This document shows, in pieces, positions 25,573-37,463 of a stretch of 64,000 nt of DNA. A program made the translations under genes and the position numbers. The notes beneath the pieces were generated by a model. It saw only the letters and a list, made by a program, of their open reading frames with translations, did not search any database and was not told the DNA's origin. Origin of the DNA: Anthoceros angustus. Its lineage: Eukaryota > Plantae > Anthocerotophyta. Each line of letters opens with the position of its first letter. The first letter of the stretch is position 1. Where the stretch lies: NCBI GenBank assembly GCA_010909165.1, contig VJWM01000234.1:212455-276454 (forward strand), read 5' to 3'.

Positions 25573-26149
25573 TCCACCATGGCGCCACGATCCTTCAACC
25601 GGTATCGAGCTTTGGTTTGTTGTGATGCTAGAATTTTCTAGTGGGCGCAGCCGTGGAATTGCAGTGATCCGATCGCGAGGGTCAAACGCCGCAGCAGGCG
25701 GACGAGGCCGCGAGGCAGGCCGCGGCAAGGCCGCGAGGCGGCGCACGGGCGGGCCGGGCGCAGCCGGCATGGACACGGGCGGCGGGCGAGCGGGCGCCAG
25801 GCCGCACGCGCAGCGCGGGCGCCGGCGCGCAGCCGCGGGCGCGGGCGAGGCCAGGCGCTGGCCGCGCGGGCGCCACGCCAGCCGCTGGGCCGCCAGCGCC
25901 GCGGGCCGCCCCGGGCGCGGGCCGCGCGCCGCGCGCGGGGCGCGCGCGCCGCGCCGGGCGCCGCGCGCCGCGCGGCCGCGGGCCGGGCGCCGGGGCGCGC
26001 CAGCCGCAGGGCGCCGCGGCGCGGCCGCGAGGCGCGCGCTGTGCGAGGGCGCGGCGGCGGCCGCGTGGAGGGCGCTGTGGCCGCAGGCCGCGAGGCGCGC
26101 ACGCGGCGCGCGGGGCGCGCGACGCAAGAAAGCCGCGGGCGTGAGCCGA

Positions 26150-29100
26150 GCGTTTGACAACGAGCGAGTCACAAGACACGTGTTGCCATGAGATCAAGGC
26201 AAGACGACAAGGAGTCGACGTCTGACGCCATGTCATAGTACGCCAACAGTCAAGGACAAGGGATGTGGAGTGGCGTGAAAGAACAGTCACAGGCGGCAGG
26301 ACCGGGAAATAAGGAAGCTGAGTAATCAAAGGACGAGAGGAGAAGTGTGGGGCTTCTCGTGTATTGGTTGAAACAAATTGGTGGACTTGAAGATGAAGGA
26401 AGGGACGAGGATGTCCGATCATCCGAATGATTTCAATACCATTTTCAGCCACTCATCTCAAGGTATCACCCCGTTCCGGAGAGCTATGTTTCGCTGGTCA
26501 CATTACGAGAGTTGGGACACCTTTCGCGAGTAATCCTCGCTAGTGGTCTTACCATTGTAAATGTAGAAGGTAGCAACGAGGAGGTGAAGAAAACATGGAA
26601 CCTTCCAAAGGTTCCGGTGCCCTCATAGTGAGAGGGAGGTCCACGAAGGGAAGCAACCGGACGAAGCTTCTCTCGTAGCAAATCTCGTAGTCGTAACAAG
26701 AATGTGGAGTGTCACTATTGTCACAAAAGGGTCACTTCAAAAGAGAGTGCGAGAAGTTCAAAAGGACCAAGGAAAAGAGAAGAAGGGGACGACAAGAAGG
26801 CGACTTCGTCTGTCAGTTGGAAGAGTTAAACTCTGAGGACGGAGATGTCCTTATCTCTTCTTACTTGAATGCGCAATTAAGCCGTGGATAGTCATTTATT
26901 CTGCAATTGGATAATTGACGGTGCATCTTTCCATGTTACTCCTCATAGAGAGTGGTTTAGCACGTATGATGCTACAAGGAAAGGATGCGTTAGGCTTGGA
27001 AATAACTACGCATGCCGATCGCAGCGAGGTGATGTGCAACTCAAGTTTGACAACGGATCTTCATTCATGTCAAGGACGCGTTAGGCATGTTCAAGTTGAC
27101 AAAGAGCATGATTAGCGCAGAGCTTGGATGATGTTACCACCGCTGGTTTGGGATCACTCTTGGAAGATCTCCAAAGGTTCTCTTGTGTTAGCTCGTGGAT
27201 CGTGTGGCACTTTGTACTCACTTGGTAAACACCGCCAAAGATCATGTGATCTGTGTGAGAAAGCACCAAATGTTTGTGGGGCATTGCTTAGGACATATGT
27301 CTAAGGGAATGAAGGTTTTATCTCGCTCGTTATATCCTGTTCTTAACTTCTCTCGATCTCTCGATGTGTGAGCACTTATATGGGAAGACAAAATCATCAC
27401 ATCGAACAAGGTAAAAGTAGAAGTAAACCTCTTGAGTTGGTTCATGTGATGTATGTGGACCTATGCTCATTGCATCATTAGGCGGTGCCTCCTATTTTGT
27501 CACTTTCATAGATGATTTCACGCAAGGTGTGGGTTTATCCTTTGAGGAAAAGGATGAAGTTCGAGTTTTTAAATTTGTCACCCTTGTAGAGAATCCCGCC
27601 ACCGATTGAAGTGTCTGACGATAATGGTGGCGTATGTTTCAAAGCTTTCCAGTCATTCGATTCCAAGGGAATCAAAAGAGAATTGATCACCAGATACTCC
27701 TCCACAAAATGGTGTGAGCGGATGAATGAACCATTCGGAGAGGATGCGAGTTTGTTGTCAAACTCGATTGCCTAATGGGTTTTGGGCGTGTCATCGCAGT
27801 TCATCTTATTAATGATCTCCTAATAAGGTTGATGAGCAGTTCCGGAGGAGCTATGGTCCGGAAAGAAACCATCCTACAAGCATCTGCGAGTGTTTTGTGA
27901 GGCATACTGCCATGTTCCAAAAGAGTTTCGGGACAAGTTGGCACCTAAGTCCAAGAAATGTATTTTTCTTGGCTATGGTGATTCTGGTGAGATGGGATAC
28001 CTTTGTGGGATCCAGGAAAGGCTAGTTCGTACTAACGACGTGTTCTTCAATGAGAACAAGATGCACTGAAGCCTACTCCAAGTGGAGGTGCGAAGGGTGA
28101 TCTTCCAAGAAGATGGACATGATCATGGGCGTGTTGATACCGTGGTAATGTGCGAGCACATCCACCCAGATGAACCAAGAGTCGAACAACCTATAGAGGT
28201 GCTCGTTTCAGGGTCGTGATTACACGACCTCGGCTGTATGATCCATCTCGGATTATGTTATCGATGATTGTGGGGAACCCTCTTCTTACAAAGAGGCTCA
28301 ATGAGTAACAAAGAGAAGTGGGAAGGCCATGCAAATGAATTACGCATAAGAACCAAACTTGGGAGTTGGTTCGTTGCAAGGATAAGAAGGCACCACTGCA
28401 AATGGGTGTACAAGATGAAGGTCATACCGCTTGATGGCAAACCAAAGTACAAGGCACGATTGGTTGCTAAGGGTTTCAAGCAACAACTGCATTGACTTTG
28501 ATGAGATTTTCTCACCGAGTCAAAATGACAACTTTATGTGTTCTTGCTTTGGTTGCTGTGAATGATATGGAACATGATGGATGTCAAGACGGCATTCTTG
28601 CATGGTGACCTTCAAGAGGACGTCATGCAACAACCAAGGTTTTGTTGAGAAGGGCAAAGAGCATCGTGTGCGAGGAAGAGCCTTTATGGTTTGAAACAGC
28701 ACCAGAGTGGTATCACAAGTTCCACTCATTTATGCTTTCTCAAGGCTACAAACGAAGCGATGAGGATCATTGCCTCTATATAAAAGCAAGCTAAGGATCA
28801 AAGCTTGCTCATTTTGATCCTCTATGTGGATGATATGCTAATTCAACAGATCTTGATGATTTCATTGAAGTCAAAGTTGAATGCTCACTTTGAAATGAGA
28901 CTTGGGAGAGGCGAGCCATATACTTGGCATGCGATTCGTCAGACATAAGCGCCGCTTTGTCTATTTAATACATTAACATGCTTCAACGCTTTCAACATGG
29001 AGAAGGGGAAGCCATTGGGTACCCATTGCCTCCATATGTGAAACTGCCGGATTGCCCAAGCTCGAGGAGGACAAAGCTGAAATGGAGAAGGTCCCATACT

Positions 29101-29731
29101 CATCACCGAGGGAGTTTGATGTATGCAATGATTGCTACACGCCCCGACATTGCCTTTGCGGGGTGGTTAGCAGTTTATGTCAAACCCCGGCAAGAAGCAT
29201 TGGGAGGCGATAAAAGGAGTTATGAGGTATCCGAATGGTACAAAAGCTTTGTGCATATGTTTTGGTAGTGAAGATGCATGTGGTTGGGTACATGATGCGA
29301 TTATGCAGGGGGATATGGAAAAGGAGGTCCACATCGTTATGTCTTCATGTGCACCGGAGGGGCTCATGGCGATCGTTTGCGATCGTGCATTACGCTATCT
29401 ACCAGAGGCCGAGTATGTTGCAAAGAATCGAGGCTTGCAAGGAAGCCATATGGCTTGCTCGCTTAGTGGGAGACTTGGGGATCAAGGTTGAGTGCTGTTG
29501 CATTGTGATAGCAGAGTGCTATCCAATTGGCAAAGAATGTTTCATGCGAAGACTAAACATGTGGATGTGAAGTATCACTTCATTCGAGAGGTGTTGGATG
29601 ACAAGAGGGTACAACTTGTCAAGGTTCACACCACCAACCCCGCAGATATTCTTACCAAGGGACTCTCACAGCAATTTGCACAAGCTCGGACAATCGATGG
29701 GCATGAGATAGTCCATTCTCCACGAAGGTAA
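26150..29731 (+). pseudogene. E4 gag-pol (heavily frameshifted)
   Basis: Copia domain motifs in the order gag-PR-INT-RT-RH. Confidence 0.88.
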
Positions 29732-30867
29732 ATTGGCCTTTAAGTGGGAGGTTGTAAGGGTATTAAAGCAATGTACTTAGACTAATACACTTAGTCTAAG
29801 TTAGGTGTCGATTATATCATTAGTTTAGCTTAAGCTAATCACTAGGAAGCTTCTTGTGCTCCTTCCTAGGAGCTTCTTGTGGAGCTTCCTAGGGAGCCCA
29901 TTGGAGGGTATAAATACCCTCCAAGCCTCATCTCAATGAGAGAGAGCACTTGCCTCCTCCTCCTCTCCTCTCCTCTTCCACCATCATGCCACACGATCCT
30001 TCACGTGAGGTTAACAGGTCACTGCTGGTTCCTCCTTCTTGCTGCCGTGGCCATCCTTGCCTGGTGGTCATGATGCGGCAATGTCGAATCTCAAGAACTA
30101 TCGACAAGGAGTCAATCTTGAGTAGTGCCCGACCCTGGAACACTGCGCTCGCTCAGCTTTGGAAGGGTCGTTTGCGCCATGTCTAGCTTCCATCAAGGGC
30201 ACTTATGTTGCAAATTCGAGTTCTTAGCCACGAAGTCTCCACTGCATATCTTTCCGCACGTTTGGTCATTGGTAAGGACCGTCATTCTTCGCCTTTCATC
30301 CGCTTCCATCTCTTTCCAAGATAGGCTCCAAGTTCATGTCATACTAATCTCCAGGTGTTTGATATAGAGATGATTTAACCGCTGTGAAGACCAAGCAAGC
30401 TTTTGATGCCCCGGGCTTGTGAGGCTCGCTACCATTGGAAGACTCTGCTTTCAATGGAGATCGGCCGATTGGTTTAAGGAGCCTCCCGGTTCAAGATGCG
30501 GCTCGCCTTATGGCCATCACCTACGGCTTGCAATTGTCGCACCTGTGGCAGAATCATGGATGGCTTCCCGGAATTGTAATGGGTCTTTATGGGCACAACC
30601 AAAGTGGATTGCCCATTTTTAGCGGACACTTGATTTCCTTCTAAACTCACGAACACCAGTGAATGCCTACCAATCTTCCCAACTTCCCTTTCCTTTCTCT
30701 TTCGTGAGGTGTCTTCAAAGACGCCAAGGTCGCAGGGTGAGGCAGTCGCTTGATTTCCGATCTTCCTCTCCGATTTCATCACCGCCGCTAGGGAGTGACT
30801 CATGTGAGGTCTGCGGATCAGCCCGCAACCATCCTTCCATCTAACCGTCATTTGTTCATAGCCTATT

Positions 30868-33800
30868 GAGGCCTACATCCATCACAGGGAGAAGCTCCTT
30901 AGGCCAAATTCCGTGGATGAAGAGGGTCCAAGGCCAATCTACCTCAGCACCTATTTGGTGCATTTATGGGAGACGGAGGGACTCCTGACCAGCAAGGAGC
31001 TTGAGGATGCGTGGCATCCTTGAAGTCATTCACCTCCAGCTAAGCTTAGAGGCCCCTACCTTTGCATTGAGGAGACCATGGGAGGATGCACTCCACAAGC
31101 ACACCAGACCCAGATCGAGGAAGTGGAGGCAATAAGATTGCCGGAGGAGGCCTTCCCCACAAGAGCAAGAAGGAGGAGAAGAGCAAGATTTGGCCAAGGA
31201 GGGCCAAGTGGTGATGAGAGAAGAACTACTGGCCCAAGGGTGGGGGAGTCCCACCACCATGGGTGCCTAGGAGGAGGCACCCCACCACCCCTAGGGGAGG
31301 CACCACCCAGCGGGAAGGAAACTACCGTAGGTCGCCCTACCACTAGGTAGGCGATCATCATGGTAGGGGAGCAGCCATCACAGAGGCACCCACGCCCAGA
31401 AGGTGCAGCCACGGCGTAGGGAAGGGCAAGGAGAAGGCGCCGAAGCGGGCGCCCGCCGCCATCACCCGCATTAGGTGGGAGAGCGGATGGGGCGACTGTA
31501 AGGGGACCCGCACCGCCGCGCGATGGCCCGGAGTGCAAGGGAGCTGGAGATTTCCAGCAAGAGGCCGGCAGGGGCAGAATTTGGGCCCCTAGGGGATTTG
31601 CTGAGTGCTTGTGAAGCACTCAGCCGTGTAGACTTGAAGGGGGCTAGGGAACTAGCAGCCTCCTTGTGGGCATGTCAGGAGGAAGTCAAGGCCCAGGAGA
31701 TGACCGAGAGGAGAGCAGGGACCAAATGGCAATTGGAGGCCATGGAGTCCGAGAAGGCAGCCAAGTTGGAGAAGGTCAGAGAAGCTCAGCCGCGACCTTG
31801 TGGATCAACGCGCTGGAGAAGGTCCTGGAGGGAAGGTTGTCACAAACAGAGGAGAGAGCCATTCGGGCGACAACCCAAAGGGACTCTTGGAGGCAGAAGG
31901 CGGAGGAGCATTTTGCCCAATTAGAGCAAGAATGCAAGGGCAAAACGGAGGCTCTAGGAAGGGAGAAGGTGGCGGTCCAGCAAATGGACGCGCAGGAGCA
32001 AGTGATGGCTACCCAAGCCATCAAAATCCGGGATATGGAGGAAGAATTGCGGAGGACCCGGTATAACTTGGAGGAGAAGCGCGAGAAGAAGCTCACCAAG
32101 AATTGCAGGAGTGAGAGAAGAATGCTTGGCAAGTGAGAAGGAGGGCTTGCCAAGCAGTTGGACTGGAGCAAAGGAGGTCCAAGAGGAGGAGCACCACAAG
32201 AAAGTGGTGCATGGATGCCGGGTGGTGAGGAAGAAGATTTTGGGTGACTATGCCCTTCAGCAAAATTGGCCACCAAAAGGAAGCAAGGAGGAGAATGTGA
32301 CCTCCATGTCAAGGTGGGAGAATTGACCACCTCAAGGATGCCTACAAGGGTAGGTGTGAAGATGGAGAATGGCCCACGGAGATTGATGATCTCCAAATGC
32401 AATATCATAGCTTGGGGCCCATCTTCACACAGATTTTGAAGGCCAACAATGAGGTGTTATGCTTGGCCAAGAGGAGGACATTGGGTCCTCATGATGATGA
32501 AGGAGTTGCAACAGTGCAGCCGAGGCCTCCGATTTTGATGAGGCCACGAGTGATATAGACTCCGAGGAGTCCGAGAGGAAGGAGGAGAGGCCGTGGCGCC
32601 AAGAGTGGAAGATGGCGCAGAGCAAGGAGGGGGACCCACCTCCGGGGTCACTACGTAGGGTGACCACCACTACCAGAGTCCGACTACTGCAGACCACACC
32701 ACGCTAGTCCGCCAGACTACCGGTAGGCGCGCGTGAGCCTGGGGAGTCCGAGGCCCGGCCGAGGATGAAGGAGCCGGGGTCCAGAGTATACCCCGGAGGA
32801 GCTGAGGTGGTGGGAGACAACCCCACGGAGGAGACTAAGACGGGTCCGACCCCGAGGAAGGGGAGGGGTGAGAAGTTCCCCCACCGGATAAGGGAGAGCC
32901 GAGGCCGTGGAGGAGTTAGTGGGGAAGAGATTAGGTATGGACACCATCACCGATGGGAAGGAGAGGAGAAAAGACTACCATGGTAGGGGACTACCCCGTA
33001 GTCTCGCCAGACCACCGCGTAGGGTGCCGATGAAGGGCGCGACCAGGGCGGAGGAAAAAGGGCGCAGGTGCGGAGGGGAGGCGCGATTGCTGGAGAAAGG
33101 GGAATGTGGCGCCGCCGAGATGGAGGAAGGGCAGATTGTACTTGCCCCACACATTGAAGGCGACAAGATCCGGGAAGGGAGAGCAAAAGGAGGGCGAGGG
33201 AGCCAATCCACAAGGAACGTCACCACCCCAAAGAAGATAAGGACTAAGAATGGTCAATGACCATAAATGAGCTTTGGGGAATGGGGAAGGATAGGTGGTA
33301 GATACATCCTTTAAGGATGATCTTAGGTGAAGTTACTAGAATAGAATTTACCAAGGATCAGATTAGGTGCCGCATTAAATGTGTGTAGGAAATAATAGAA
33401 ATTGGAAAAGGTGACCGCAGAGGGTCACCTAAGGGAGGTTGTATGGAAGGCCTCCTATAAGAGGAGGAGGATTTCACAAAGTAAAGTATCATGCCTTTGC
33501 GCCCATACTCGCGAGTCCTTTGCCATTAAAGGAATTTCGTGGCCGTGAGCCAACTGCAGAGAGGAAGTCGCGTGGTCGGAGTGCTTGGTGGAGGACTTGC
33601 TCAAGTGCCTAAACGAGTTGCTCCCTTGTGAATGGTTGCTGAAATTGCTTTGCTTTGGGTGTGTGGCAATGCCTGTGAACTCTCGGCTTGAGGGTAGACT
33701 AGTGAAAGACTGGAGGTTCTCACTGGTGTCAAACTCATAGCAACCGCCCAAGGAAGAACTTGCTGGTGGAGGCCGACCTGTGCACAGCTGTAAGCCAAAG

Positions 33801-35400
33801 CAAGAAGCCCGAACCGAGGTTAGAATAGGAGGAAGAGGATGAGAAGATGAGTAGAGGATTAGAGGTGTAGTTAGTGGAAGGCCACAGCAGAGCCTAAGGG
33901 ACGAATCCCAACTGCAAGTAAAAGAGCGCTCCCCGAGTGGAGAAGAGTGGTCTTAGAAGTAGGGACAAATCGCTGGTGTGGACTGGGGTCCTGGGCGCCC
34001 GTGATAGGCTCCCCGCTAAGGTGACCTGCAATTGTGTTGTGTCGCCAGGTCGAGGATTGGTGATTTTCAAGCAAAGGCGGTGCAAAGAGGGAGAGTAGAG
34101 GCGCCTTGCTTGTTTAGAAGGTGAGAATTGTGTCTCGCAGTAAGCGACGTGACATCACAAGGCCTCAACTTTCACACAAGTCTCATGGGACGAAACCCAA
34201 CCGGGCGAAAGTGGATAAGTGTGGCCGCTAGAGGACTCTGAGTGCCCGGTTTTCCCATTTTGGCGCCGTTTGACTTGAAAGTTTGAAGTTTTGTGGTTTC
34301 CATCGCTAGGCTGCGAACGTTTTTCAAAGGGACCGAGACCATATGTTGTGAAGAAGGAATTTCACGCCTAAGTTGTCATAGGGGTGAATGGTTGAGACAC
34401 TAAAGGGGTTGCTTCCTTCTTAACAACCGTGGGTTGAGGACATGAGGATGTTGCATATGGGTAGGGGACGGGAGAGACGTAGGTCATTCACATCGCAAGG
34501 GACGACGAGCGAGGAATCGCTTGAGGGAAGAACCGGCCGCCATCGCGCAGGAAGACGCGTTACGGACAAGAGGAAGTCGCCACCGCGATGAAGAGGCGGT
34601 CGACGGAGGAAATTGAGAGGAGGGAGCGATCACCGAGAGAGGAAGGAGGTCGTGGAAGAGAATTGGTGTTTGGGAAGAGAGGAGACACGAGCGCCGCCCA
34701 CCTGCGACCGCGGAATTTCCACGACGCCGACTTTATGACGCCAACCACATCCGCAACAAATCGGCGACGACGAGGTCGAGCGGGAATTTCGTGCCCCGAG
34801 GATTTGGCGAACGCCTCGATCGACGCGAGCCTACCTGACTGGGCCACAAAAGGTCGCTACCCTCCGGCCGGCCAGACCCAAAGATCCCAACTGCTTCCGT
34901 CCCCGAGGAAGAAGAAGCATTGGCAACAACGCCGCGAGCAACATGAGTGGAGTTGGTGAGGAGGAGGGCCGCGCCCACAACCGCCAAAATACGCCAAATT
35001 TGGCGAGAAAAGAAGGGAGATGACGCGAGGTAAGAACTTTTGAGCACGCCTCCCACGCTAATTTGAGGATGGAGCCGATCGATCAAGATCTTTCCGATGG
35101 AGGGCACGCAAACGGCTGGTCGCACCCACAATGCGTGGCACCAACGGATTGGGAAGTTCTCAAGCTTTTCTTGAATCGGCCGAGGGCTCCACGCCACCAC
35201 ATACTTTGGCAAAGCCGAGGACCTGTGGGAAAAGAGAGAATCGTTGATTATGTGGAGAGAACTTGGATATCCGGATCGAGTTCCGAAATGCACCCGAGAG
35301 GCGGGAGATCCACCCACCGGGTACTCACAAGAGCAAGCGCCGGATTGGTCTCGTGAGCGGATTCATGGAGGGGACATTTGCCACGTGACGAGACGCCTTT
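30868..35400 (+). mobile_element. Partial Athila-like Gypsy copy: 3' region, LTR (33440-34257), PBS and 5' gag
   Basis: 30868-33440 is collinear with 45130-47657; the LTR matches 36470-37279; PBS TGGCGCCGTT at 34261; 34260-35400 is collinear with 37280-38450. Confidence 0.88.
33440..34257 (+). repeat. Athila-like LTR copy A (~820 bp)
   Basis: TG...CA termini; homologous to LTR copies B and C. Confidence 0.9.
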
Positions 35401-35849
35401 GTACGCCCCAAAGGTATCCATCGCAATTGATCGTGTTGTAAATTAGATTAGGTTAGTGATGTTGTAAAACATGAGAGAGGCTCGATCCCGCCGTCTCAAA
35501 CATTTACATGAAGAATTTAAACGACCGCGTGTTGAAAACACGGTCCGCTGCAAAGCCCAATTGAATGCTTTGTCTCAAGCCGGGAGGAACATCCCTCACG
35601 CCTAGATCATCTTATGGAGGTGGAATGGGAGCACCATGGATGTGGTCTTAGTGGGGATAATCGTTTTCGTTCAAGAATCTCTGTCTCTCTATTCCATCAT
35701 AGTGCTATGATACGGCTGAACCACAACACGTTAGATGGATGCCTTAATTGGCAAGTGGGGATGACTGTCTTGATTTCAAAGAACCCACTGGTTTAGTCTT
35801 CACTATGATGGACAACTAGTGGTGATTCCCCGACCTCATTTTGTAGTCT

Positions 35850-36465
35850 TGCTTGGTCGTGATGTGGTGACATGGAATGCCCTTATGGGTACAGAAGGGC
35901 TCGCCTGGAGAATGTAGTGGTACACCGGGTGGACATGTATGCAAAATTTGGTGAACTGGAAAATGCACCAAGTTTTTGACAGTTGAACGACCCATGAAAG
36001 AGGACGATATGGTGGTGAGTCGAAGAAAAGGGCACGTAGTGCACTCACAAATTGTGGAAGGAACGCGATTGCACTCATAGATGGTGGTGCATGTCTCTTG
36101 CCTAAGGGTGTTGTAGAGGCCGATCGTGGCCACCGCCTCCCTCCGCCGTTCCTTGTACTCATGCTATGTTTTTAGGAGAGCTTCATCCCGGCACATATGC
36201 TTCCAAATGTTTTCAAAGGCATCATCACCGGATGTCGAGTGCATGCATCATGTGGCGACCGCCTGTGCACATGTAATCTATATGTGATGAAGCCACTATG
36301 TTTCTTTGCCTCAAAGCAAAAACTATAGTCACGGCCACAGTGATCATGACCATGTTCGATGACTCGCGAACGCAGTTGGTACTTGTGGTGTATGCAAAAT
36401 GTGGTGAATGGAAGGTGCGATTTTGACAACCGAACGCCCATGAAAGAGGACTCACACGGTGGACA
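35850..36465 (+). pseudogene. PLS-class pentatricopeptide-repeat (PPR) gene remnant
   Basis: RDVVTWNALMG (~35858), VDMYAKFGELENA.QVFD (~35930), GHVVHSQIVE (~36030), DEATMFLCLKA (~36286), YAKCGE (~36390). Confidence 0.8.
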
Positions 36466-36469
36466 TGTT

Positions 36470-37279
36470 TGATGTGGAAGGCCTCCTATAAGAGGAGGAG
36501 GATTTCACAAAGTAAAGTATCATGTCTTGCCACATCGAGTCCTTTGCCATTACAGAGGAATTTACCGTGGAGCCAACAGTCTGCAGAGAGAGGAAGTCGG
36601 TGGTCTGAGTGTTGGTGGAGGACTTGCTCGCAAGTGCCTAAACGAGTTGCTCCCTTGTGAATGGTTGTGAAATTGCTTTGCTTTGGGTGTGTGGCAAATG
36701 CAGAACTCGGCTAGACTGGAAAGACTCGAGGGCTCACGTGTGTCAAACTCATAGCAACCGCCCAAGGAAGAACTTGCTGGTGGAGGCCGACCTGTGCCAG
36801 CCAAGGGCAGCCAGAAGCCCGAACCCGAGGTTAGACTAGGAGGAAGAGGATGAGGAGATGAGAAGATGAGTAGAGGATTAGAGGTGTAGGTGTTAGTGGA
36901 AGGCCACAGAGCCTAAGGGACGAATCCCAACTGCAAGTAAAAGAGCGCCCCGAGTGGAGAAGAGTCTTAGAAGTAGGGACGAAATCGCGGTGACTGGGGT
37001 CCCCGGCCCGTGGTAGGCTCGCACGAGGCGTGACCCGAATTGTTTGTGTCGCTGTAGGTCGAGGTTGGCGATTTTTCAAGCAAGGCAAGTGGTGCAGGCC
37101 AAGAGGGAGAGTAGAGGCGCCTTGCTTGGAGAAGGCCGAGAATTGTGTGCAGTAGCGACGGTGCATCACAAGGCCTCGAACTTTCACACAAGTCTCATGG
37201 GACGAAACCCAACGACGGCGATGGGGATAAGTGTGGCCGCTTATAGTGGGAGGACTCGGGAGTGCCATTCCCTACCACA
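36470..37279 (+). repeat. Athila-like LTR copy B (5' LTR)
   Basis: Followed by the PBS. Confidence 0.9.
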
Positions 37280-37463
37280 TTTTTGGCGCTGTCGGGACTT
37301 GTTGTTGAAAGGTTGAAGTTTTGTGGTTTCCATCGCTAGGTCAGATGCTTGAGAAGGGACCGAGGGTCACCATAGGGTTGTGAGAAGAAGGAATTTCACC
37401 TAAGTTGTCATAGGGGTGAATGGTTGAGACACTAAAGTGATTTGCTTCCTTTAACATGGTGGG

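Larger units (their letters stand above)
25194..30003 (+). mobile_element. Ty1/Copia element E4, Tnt1/Tork-like
   Basis: LTRs 25194-25597 and 29753-30003; PBS-like CGGTATCGAGC ~25600; PPT AAGTGGGAG ~29742; Zn knuckle CHYCHKxGHFKREC ~26710; protease WIIDGASFH; integrase KLAPKSKKCIFLGY; RT YKARLVAKGF and LYVDDML; RNase H HAKTKHVDVKYHFIRE. Confidence 0.92.

Noticed and set aside
25280-26452. 303/260/256-aa Arg/Ala-rich ORFs
   Set aside because: Artefacts of the CT microsatellite and the GC-extreme tract.
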